Positions 54,424 to 64,000 of a stretch of DNA of 64,000 nucleotides are shown piece by piece. Position numbers and translations under genes: made by a program. The stretch comes from the human T2T-CHM13v2.0 reference genome, Homo sapiens. Location of the stretch: assembly GCF_009914755.1 (NCBI RefSeq), contig NC_060940.1. One strand, given 5' to 3'. The notes beneath the pieces were generated by a model that did not search any database, had not been told where the DNA came from, and saw nothing but the letters and a program-made list of their open reading frames with translations. Every line of letters begins with the position of its first letter. Positions within the stretch are counted from its first letter, which is position 1.

Positions 54424-54840
54424 TGTCGTAGTCCATTTGTGCTGCTATAAAGGAATACCTGAGGCTGGGTAATTTATTTTAAAAAGAGGTTTATTTGGTT
54501 CATTGTTCTGCAGGCTGGACAGGAGGCATGGTGCCAGCATCTGCTTCTGAAGAGGGCCTTGAGGCACTTCCACTTAGGGTGGAGGCACAGAGGAGCCAAT
54601 CTGGGCAGGGATCCTATGGTGAGAGAGGAAGCAAGAGAGAGTGGGGCAGATGCCAGGATCTTTTAAACAACCAGGTCTAGAGAGGAGTGATATACCTTCT
54701 GCCTCACCTAAGGATGGCATTAATCTATCCATGAAGGATTCTTCCCTATGACCAAAACACCTCCCACTAGGACCCTACCTCCAACATTGGAATCAAATTT
54801 AAATGTGAGATTTAGGGAGACAAACATCCAAACTATAGCA
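54424..54840 (-). mobile_element. MSTB-like MaLR solo LTR
   Basis: tgtcgtagtccatttgtgctgctataaaggaatacctgaggctgggtaattta...acatccaaactatagca. Confidence 0.88.
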
Positions 54841-55061
54841 GTGTGACTCACGTCTTCACAGAATCCCTCTGATATCTGTGTTGACAACAAGCTAAAGTTG
54901 GCATAGAAAGAGTCCTGGCAAAAATCAGATTCGCTATGAGAAAGATACCTTGGGAGAAATGAGCCCTTATATTGAACCTCTTTTGTTTCAGTATCCTTAT
55001 TATCTTCGGGGTCCACTTCAATTTGAAATTAAGTGTGAGGTTAAAAGGAAAAATGAAAACA

Positions 55062-55390
55062 CGTGTGTGCACACTCATGAATGTGTATGTGTGTGAGTGT
55101 AAGCATGCACGTGAAATGTATGAACGTAACAATGTGTGCATGAGTGTGAGGGCATGTGATTGTGTTTTTGCCTGTGTGTGAAAGTGAGTGTGTGAATGTA
55201 TGAGTGTGTTAGTGCATGTGTGTGAATGTATGTGAGTGTGTGTGAATTTATGAGTGTGTTGGTGAATGTGTTTGAATGTGAGTGTGTGAATGTATGTGTT
55301 ACTGCATGTGTGTGAGTGTGTGAATGTTTGTATGTGTGTGTGAGTGTATGAGAGTGTGAGAGTGTGTGTGTGTGTGTGTGTGTGTCTGTG
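55062..55390 (+). repeat. Degenerate (TG)-rich tract built from GTGTGAAT/GTATGAGT-like units, ending in pure (TG)n
   Basis: Read directly. Confidence 0.95.
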
Positions 55391-56825
55391 GTGGGTGTTT
55401 TGGGGAAGAAGGAAGTGTAGGCTTGCTGCCCAGGACTATCTGGAGCAGATCCCAAGGCACAGACCCTGTACTGGAGGCAGTATTTCAATCATGTGGGGGC
55501 CAGTGGAGGGTTTGTAAGACAAAGCCACTGGAGACAGCTCAGCCTAGTGGCTTAGAGCTCATTGTGCTGTGATTGCTGATCTTTGTCCCAGTATCCTCTC
55601 CACCTGACACCATCCTCTTCAAGCTCAGTTAGCTGACTCCTCCTGGGTGAGGTGTTAATCTCTCCAGGTCTCCTTTAGCACTGTGTACCATAGGTGAGCC
55701 TTCTGTTTCTCACCATCCTGAACCTTGATGGGGTTCTCTACAACATGGTAGACTTTTTGAGGGCTTTGACCACATCTTGTTTGTTGTGGTAACTCCAGGG
55801 CTCAGTCAGTGCCTGAGACTGGGGAGGGGCTCAGTGTTTACAAAATGAGTGGAGCTTTTCTTCTCTTTATGTATGTTCCCATCAGAAGCATGCCCCAAAG
55901 CTTGGCTGTGCCAACCAAATTGGTTTTTCTTTAAAGCTTTCTTAATGATCGATTCCTAATCAGTTGATCAGGTCAATTTGCCTGGTCAGTCTGATTTGAT
56001 TGTAAATTTAGATGGTGGGAAGAGACTGCTTTATGGTCCAGTTATTGTGTTCTTTTAATAGCAACGTGGGAGCTGAGCTGAGCTGAGCAGCAACGAACAG
56101 CAAAGTGTCATTACTTAGGCCTGGCCTGAGCCTGGGATGATAGTGTGTGATTCAGGGGGAAAACAGTCTAATGCTCAGGACAGAAGCACCTCTGTGGGGG
56201 TGATGAATAAAGGCACCTAAAAAGGAAGTACAAAAGTGCATTTACTTATTTTAGATTTGAGAGAGGAGGCATAATAACCTCGGGGAGTTGGGGTGACAGA
56301 ATAGCCTGGCGGCAAGTGGATCCTTGGTCATCTCAGGCCCTAACTCTGGGTAAATTCTCGCCCACCCTTCCAGAGCAGCATCGCGGGTTCCCCTGGGGAT
56401 CATTTGGGCTGTGGATTTCTGCAGTGCCTATTTGCTGCCTCGGGAGCTGTTTGAAAGAGGGATGCTCTGTGCAGAAGACACAGCTCAGAAGATGGTCCCC
56501 ATGCGACTCACAATGGAATCCTAAGCACTGGAGGAACTGGATTAATAAGATTCAAGTCTGGAGGAGAAATTGGGTCACACACATTCTTGGGATGTGGGAA
56601 ATTGTGCTGTCTAGCTTGGGCACGATGCATTTATGGAGGAGGGGAAGCAGGCCCCTTCTTTGGAAGGAAACAGGGCAGTGTGGATTGTCCACGTAAGGGG
56701 GTGGTTGTCAGGTCTGCAGGTCAGGGCCTATCTTAGGATAGCTGGAGCACAGTGGAGCAAGAAGGGTATGGGTTGCAGTCAGGAAACTCACATTCAAATT
56801 TTAGCACTACCACCTGCTTGCTACG

Positions 56826-57185
56826 TGTTATGGGCTGAACTGTATCTCCCCACAATTCATATGTTCAAATCATAACCCTTAGTACCTCAAGATGTGACTG
56901 CATTTGGAAATAGGCCTTTAAAAAGGTGATTAAGGTAAAATAAGGTCATAGAGTGGGCCCTAACCCATTAAAACTGGTATCCTTTTAAGAAGAGATTAGA
57001 ACACAGACACATACAGAGGGAAGGCCACGTGAAGACCAAAGAGAAGACAGCCATCTGCAAACCACAAAGAGAGGCCTCAGAAGAAACCAACCCTGTGACA
57101 CCTTGACCTAAGAATTGCAAGAAAATAAAGTTTTGTTTTTTAAGCCACTTAGTCTTTGTGATGGCAGCTTGAGCAAATTAATACA
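56826..57185 (+). mobile_element. MLT1A/B-like solo LTR inserted in a MIR
   Basis: tgttatgggctgaa...gcaaattaataca with 5-bp TSD ctacg/ctacc; MIR halves at ~56740-56825 and ~57186-57350. Confidence 0.9.
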
Positions 57186-57389
57186 CTACCTGAGTGATCT
57201 TGAGAAAGCCGTTTCATCTCTGCTCCTCAATTTATCCATCTGTAAAGTGAATATAACATTACTCATCTCATAGGGTTCTGGAGAGGAGTGAATGAAATAC
57301 TGAATGTGAAATGTTCTCTGCAAATGGCAAGTGCTGAACAAATGATTGCTGTGACTTACTGTTTTCCTTGAGATTGCATCATTCTTTCA

Positions 57390-57830
57390 TCATTCATTCT
57401 ACAAATATTACGAGTGCCTAGAATGTGCAAGATGGTATTCTAGGGGATAGGATTATAGCCTCAGAAAATAAAGATAAAAATACTTCTGTCCCCCTGAAAC
57501 TTTGTATTCCAGGAGGTACTGAGTGTTGGGGGAGGCAATGAGAAAAATAATAGTAAACAAGATCAGTAAAATATTAATATATGGCATGTAAGAAAAGGAT
57601 AAGTGCAATGAGGAAAATAATTACCGGGAGGGGGATGGGGTGCTGGGATGTGAGTGGCGCATGGTCAGTGTTTTAAATAGTATGGTTGGAGAGGGGATCT
57701 TTGAGCAAAGACAGGAAGTAGTGGGGTAAGCCAGGTGGACATATGGGAGGAGAATATTCTGCAAAGTGGGGACAGTGTGTGCCAATGCCCTGGAGCCTGA
57801 GTTGAAAATGTTTCAGTTTCTTGTAACCCA
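57390..57830 (-). mobile_element. L2 LINE 3' fragment
   Basis: cattcattctacaaatattacgagtgcctagaatgtgcaag...gtaagccaggtggacatatgggaggagaatattc. Confidence 0.75.
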
Positions 57831-58519
57831 TAGAGCCCCAGCTTAGGTGACCTGGAGGGTGCTGAGCATTTCTGAAGCTTTGTGATTAGCATCCTTCTTT
57901 GTTCTGTATGTTAACCCATATGGTTTACAGATGTTTTCAAGGGTGGTACTGATAGATTGTATACCTGCGATTGGATGGTTGGTTTTGGGGAGTTTTCTAT
58001 TTTCTTGTTTGTTGGTGGAGGGGGCAGGGCTGGGAATCAAAGGGAGAGTAGAACTAGCTCAGAAGGTCTGCAGCTGTCGGTGGGCCTCCACTGCGGGGCT
58101 CATAAGGCCTGAGTCAGTTGGTAAATATAAGCATCTCTCACCACGGGAAAGCAGAGAGAGCAGGAAGCCTGAGGTAACTGGGGAGCTGACAACAGGGGTG
58201 AGGCGTGCATTTTCAAAGAAAGTGGAGAGCCTGTGTTAGTTTGTAAGCTTAGTAGGAGGATCCTATTATAAATGGGTCCTCTCGAGGAAATTGCAGCCTC
58301 GTGCATATGTATTCAAAGAAACTATAAATCACAGACAAGTAGAAAGGAAAAGAAAATGTAAATCACCCCCTAGGTGCTGGCCCAAGCAACATTAATACAT
58401 GTTAGATGGTGGAAAGAGAAAATGATTGTGTTGAATGAAGAATGAATAAAGTGCTACCATGTTGGTATATCTTTTCTAGCTACTTTTTCCCTATGTGTCT
58501 TAGATATTTAAAAACTTTT

Positions 58520-58745
58520 AGCCTGGGCAACATGGTGAGACCCCATCTCTATTAAATATACACAAAAATCACTGGGTGTGGTGGTACATGCCTGTGGTCC
58601 TGGCTACTGGGGAGGCTGAGGTGGGAGGATCGCTTGAGCACACAGAGGTTGCAGGCAGCCAACATCATGCCACTACACTCCAGCCTGGGTGACAGAGTGA
58701 GACCCTGTCTTAAAACAAACAAACAAAAAAAAAACCAAAAAACAA
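58520..58745 (+). mobile_element. 5'-truncated AluJ-type
   Basis: agcctgggcaacatggtgagacccc...gagaccctgtctt plus A-rich tail; aaaactttt flanks both sides. Confidence 0.9.
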
Positions 58746-61512
58746 AAACTTTTGATCCTATCATTTTAGATCCTGATTTTTTTAATCTTAGTAATAAAAC
58801 AAGCATTTTTTGTTATGTAACTTTTCATAAATATCATAGCCTTATATTTCATGACATTAATGTATTAGAATTTATTGCAGCATTCTTCCAATATTTGCAT
58901 GCCATGATTGCTCCCACTATTATAAATAAGACTGTATTGAACATCTTTATGCTGTAGTTTTCTTTTTTCTTTTTTATTTCCTCCCCCAACATTGTTAAGA
59001 TTATTTTCCTAGAATCAATTTCCAGAGGTAGAATAGAATTACTTTAGTAAATGGTACCGTTTCTTCAGGGCTGTCAAAATCAATGTGAATCTTCTTTATT
59101 TTATTGTCTATTTAATCGCTTATTTCACTCAGTTTTGTTTCCCTCATAAATTGGAAAAGCATCATTTCCATGTCTTTACTAAGATGCTGCTAACATGTTG
59201 AGCAGAATGGGTCCAAGGATATGATTTACTCCAGTTTGAAAGTTCTTTATGTTTGAAGTTTCCATTTCTATAAATTATAGTACTATCTTAGTTGATATAA
59301 ATTTAAAATTTTGTCCAATTATTTTTCTTAAAGAGGGATGCCTGAGAATAACCATTGATGTCTAAGTGTGCAGTGCATGTTTTCCTAGTAGTGAGATTTT
59401 CTAAGCTTGATGTATTTAAAGAGAGATTTTAAAAAGCATTTAGCATTGGTATCAGATTTATTTAGTTTTAATTGTTTTATGTGAGTTGAATTGGTATGAG
59501 TAGATTTGTGATGTTCTTTGCAAAATTCATGCCTTTTTTAGCAGGGCGTGTTTCACAAAATAATCTTGAAATGGCTAGACATCCTTATCTTTTTAAATGG
59601 TTTTTAACTCCTATTAGCTATAATGGGATTTCCACAAATAAATTGCCACATTTTACTGAAAGATAGCAGAGCCCTAGCTGACCCTCCCAAAGCATGGGAG
59701 GATTTTGATACACACACACACATACACACACATCATTTTTCTCTCTCAATCAGCACAACTTTTAGCCTCCATAAAAGAATAGGGACATATTGACTGGACA
59801 ATGATGTGTGATTCTGATTTTTGAAAGTGGACAATGTGTTTCCATCAGTGCATTAGGCTGTCTGGGAAGAACAATTCTTTAAAAAGCTCTCAATAAATGA
59901 CATAAATAAACCAGTGAGCAGCCAGGGGCCAAATTATGTGTCCCTGTGACTTACTGTTGTTTGAGGACAGTGATAAACATTTCAGACCATCTATGGAAAC
60001 CACTGGGGGAACTTTTGTTTCTCTCTAATAGCCTCTGAAGCCTTTATGGCTAATAGTGTGTATAATGAGTTCAGTTGCAAGCCTCTGAGCAGAGAAGTTG
60101 GGCTGTTTTCATGTGGGGAGGGGAACCCTCTGAAGGTTTGCCCAGCAATGACAGAATCCGGTCCTCTGTAAGGGAGGCACCAACCCCACATTTGGGGAAG
60201 CTGGGAAGAAAGAGTGAGAAGATGAAGATCCTAAGCCAAGATGCCAAGAAGAATGTGAAAACTGGAGCCCAAGTCAGAGTCAGATGTGAGATTTAATCAG
60301 AGCATCACAGCCAGAGAACGGAGGGTAAAGTCAGAGCCAGGATACTAACCTAGCTCACAGCGGGAACGTGTTGCAGCCTGGAGGATGCTCACTGGAGGAC
60401 GCTGAAACCACACTCTTGCCAGTGGAAGAACTCCTGTCACCCTCCTCCTCTTAACCCCCTTGGAGACCTCCGTGTAGCAGGAGTCTGGGGTAAGGCTCCA
60501 AATGTCCATTTAACAAGCTCCACAGGTGATTCTGTGGCCCAGCCCTGCTGGATAACGACTGCTCTGGTTCAGCTCTGACTAGGTGTGGGATGGTGGCAAC
60601 TATGTCCATCTCCATGTAGATCTCTCAGCTAGGGACTGAGAGGCCAGAATCCCAGCACCAGATTTCAGTGAAGTTCCTACATGTCACTTTTATCGCAGTC
60701 GTGGTCTCTGTGTTTGTGAAATGAGGCCTGGACCAGGGGCTCTCAGCCCTGGCTGTGCATTGTAATCACCAAGAAAGCTTTGAGGAAATGTCAAAACCTT
60801 GGTCCCCTCTCGGTCCTATGGAATCAGAATATCTGCAGGGAAAACCTGGGCATCTACAGGTTATTTGAGTGTTGAGGCTCAGAGGAGTAAAGACATTTGG
60901 CCAAATTCCTTCCAGATAGTCATTTATACAGCTAGGCTTGAATTGAGGCCTTTTCTGTCCTGGAAGAGTAAATAATAATTATTGTTGTTAATAATAATAA
61001 CAAAACACAAGATGAATCAGCAGTGCAGGCACTAGAGCCAGGTTGGCAGGCTGACATCTGGGTTTGAGAATTGGAGAGGGATGCAGAGAGTTGGAATACT
61101 GTCCCGTCAGCTTGGTTGTGTAGGGTTGGGACCTCAGCGTTGGAGCTGCAGGGTAGGAGGAACACTGGTGGTGGGTGGGACAGGAACTAAGAAAATTTAG
61201 TGCGACCCTAGGGTAGGCGCTGAAGCTGTAGAAACAACTCAAATCACGGTGTCCTAGAAAGTATGGAAAATTTTATCTTTTTCAAGGTTCATGACCATGC
61301 TAATATGATGTCGAAGCAGAGGTCTCAACGTGAGCCAGCAGGGGTCTTGAGGCTGAGTCAGGCTGATGATCTTGATGATGACTCCAAATCAGGATCAGGG
61401 TCATGATCTTTCTAGGGTTAAGGTCAGTGTCCAAGCTAAGGGGGGAAGACAGTACCAACCAAAGCGGCTGACATTCAGGAAAAGGCTCCAGGCTCAAAAA
61501 GAGCTCAAGAAC

Positions 61513-61680
61513 AGGTTCTCAAAAGGTAGCCCTTGGACCAGCAGCATCAAGATCACCTGGGAGTTCATTAGATATGCAGATTCTACTGAATCGGAAGCTC
61601 TGAGGAGTAGAGCTGGTAATCTGAGTTGTAAGAGCCCTCAGCTGAGTCTGATGCATGCTTCAGGCGGAGACCCACTGATA
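61513..61680. mobile_element. MER5A-like MITE
   Basis: ggttctcaaaagg...ggaccagcagcatcaagatcacctgggag...tgcagatt...ctactgaatcggaagctctg. Confidence 0.75.
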
Positions 61681-62974
61681 GAGAGTTTGAATAAGGTAGT
61701 AAAGGCAGAAACCTAACCAGGCAAAGCCGGTGAGGCTGGGGAAGAGCTTGGAGAACATACGGTGCCAAGAGCCCACAATGCCTGATCGTAGGCTTAGAAA
61801 CACGAGGAAACCTACATCCCACTGTTGGATGCACGCCTCTATTGCTCAGGATACTGGGGTGGCATTGAAGTTGGGATGGGACATAGCTGTAGCCTATGGC
61901 TGAGGGTCTTCAGGAACCACAGCTGACTAGGGTAAGGAGTGTCAGAGACTACAAAGGGGCAGGGGAAGAGATGCCAACATCCACGGACACACCTGGAGAT
62001 ATTCAGGTGGTGCGTCTTTTTTTCAGATCCAGGTCCAAACTCCCAGGCTGAGCTTGGCTTACTATACAAGTCTGCCTCCCTTACTGAGTCTTGCTGGACA
62101 GAAGTGGAGACTAAAGCTAAATGTTTCTGAGAGGTTCTGTGTCCAGCCATGTTCAGGTGATAGTACTGCCACTCCGATGACATCTTCCTCACGGTCAGTA
62201 AATACAATGCCCAGTGAACAGGGGAGTTATTCAACACACACATTTCAAATATCTCTTTTAATGCCCACATGTAAAACCAATCAGAGACTCCCTTTTCTGA
62301 GAGGGCAGCAATGATGCATTCCCAGTAATTTGTTAGAAATAAATGAGGGAGAGGCAAATATATGTCAGATACCCTGAGCCCTCCATTCACGTGGATTTGC
62401 TTCTTATAAAGACCGATAACTGAACAGGTCTGAAACAAGCACTTCCTCCTGTCTCCGAACACTATCTGGAAGAATCCTTGAATCCTTTTTTCTAATATGA
62501 TTGATGTGAAGTGGTGGATGGCATTGAAAGCCCACATTATGGAGATCTAGTCTAAAGTGACTACTTGAGAAGAAACTGCCTCATTACTAAGGTCCTTGTT
62601 GTTACCGAGTGCGTTCAAGGGGGCTGAGTATATGCCTCTGATTAGAAACTGTACCTCTTCTTTGATTCCAGGAGGTAGAGAAATGGTGTTTTGGCTTGGG
62701 CAGTGATGTTACTGAAACTTTGTTTAGTTTCAGCATAAATGGACATTTTCTGGATTTCTGTGGTTTGATGGAACATCACTTTCTTTAGCTTGCTTGGCAT
62801 TGTGTACAGAGCTTGATTTTCTTGTATATTTTTGGTGGAACTAGACATTTTAAAACACTTTCCATCATGCAATTAAGTTTTCTGCAACTGGGAAATGCTA
62901 ATGTAGATATATCTACTTGCTTGCAATAAGGAGACTCCAGAATCTCAAATGAGATGCCTGAGATGCCTGAAATT

Positions 62975-63405
62975 ACTTTTTAACTTTTTATTATGAAAAA
63001 TTTCAAGCATATACAGAAATGGACAGAGAAGTGCACTGAAATCCTATGTAACTGTCACCCACCTTCAACAACTGTCAGTGGATGTGTTTTGTCTCTACTC
63101 CACCCACTTCTCTCCACCTCTTTCACCCGTACTGGTTTATTTTGAGGCATATCCCAGCTATCATATCATCTACATATATTTCAGTATGTATCTCTAAAAG
63201 AGAAAAACTCTTAAAAATAGTCACAATACCATTATCGTATGTAAAAAAATGACAGTATCCACTTGCCATCCTCAAATATCCAGTCACTGTTTAGTTCCTT
63301 GACTGAAACATATTTTTAAAAAATGAATGGTTTGTTTGAACCAGGATCCAAAGGAGTTCTACACATTATGACTGGTGGAGATGTTCTGAGAAGGTTATTT
63401 TAAAT
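62975..63405 (-). mobile_element. Old L1M (MC/ME-like) 3' end
   Basis: aactttttattatgaaaaatttcaagcatatacagaaa...tttcagtatgtatctctaaa...ttgaaccaggatccaaa. Confidence 0.75.
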
Positions 63406-64000
63406 TGTTCCTTACACTTAGTGTGAGCATTGTCTTGTTTGAGCTCAGAAGTCCCTGCATAAATACCGAGGGCTTGAGGTCCCCATGGAACCCCTTCATG
63501 GCCCAGTGATTGGCCCAGCAAGTACATCATCTGCAAAATTCTGGCAGCAGAGACCAGAGGGGCAGGTGGTAGAAAACAAGATGTGAACAGATTGCTAGGA
63601 CCCCAGCTTGGGGGTCTCAAGTGGTCACTTTAGTTTAAAATGTTTAGTCCAAAGTGACCACTTGAAAAGGATTGATGGGACCCTATTCTAAAATTGGGTT
63701 TTTCTAAGTACTGGTAGGGAAAGACCACTCTAAAGTCTGTTTGATGACAGGCTGAGGATCTACTTGGGAAGAAACTTAGATCAAGGGATGAAAGAATTGC
63801 TCCAGAGAATAGGTCAGAGGGTGGGGCTGGCCACCACTTTGCCCAACACTAGTGAATCCATTTACCTCTTGGACATCTGTAGTGTGGCCCCATTCACATC
63901 CTGGAAGTGTGCAACATGATGGCCCTGGGTTTGAAGGCTGTTGGAACACGGTGCCTATGACTCAAAACCTTTTCTTGCTCAAGGTGGGGAGATCACTAAA

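Noticed and set aside
55075-55488. 137-aa His/Thr-rich ORF
   Set aside because: Translation of the TG/CA repeat
56070-56088. GAGCT pentamer run resembling an immunoglobulin switch region
   Set aside because: Only 3-4 units; switch regions extend over kilobases

Overview
Primate (human or great-ape) non-coding genomic DNA, CpG-depleted with no CpG island and dense in interspersed repeats. I count 11 Alus, including an AluYe5-type copy with a perfect 18-bp target-site duplication (TSD). There are also old and younger L1 fragments, L2, MIR, about 14 solo LTRs (MaLR, ERVL, ERV1), a long Tigger1 copy with readable transposase remnants, and several hAT MITEs. I found no credible protein-coding exon, rRNA, tRNA or CRISPR array; most ORFs in the track come from repeats or chance. 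The strongest non-repeat signal is a complete set of minus-strand splice signals at 35.7-35.9 kb (83-nt intron, 125-nt exon), next to a CpG-retaining ETS/STAT/ARE motif cluster at 36.1-36.6 kb. This is a candidate spliced lncRNA from an enhancer or promoter. Other points of interest are near-perfect hairpins at 6.55, 48.8 and 63.6 kb, a ~20-25-bp motif recurring across 62.5-63.8 kb, a 232-codon orphan ORF, a MIR-derived alternating minisatellite, small tandem duplications and several homeodomain-motif-rich unique islands. Repeat subfamily names come from my recall of consensus sequences, and boundaries of old repeats are approximate. I could not identify the locus.
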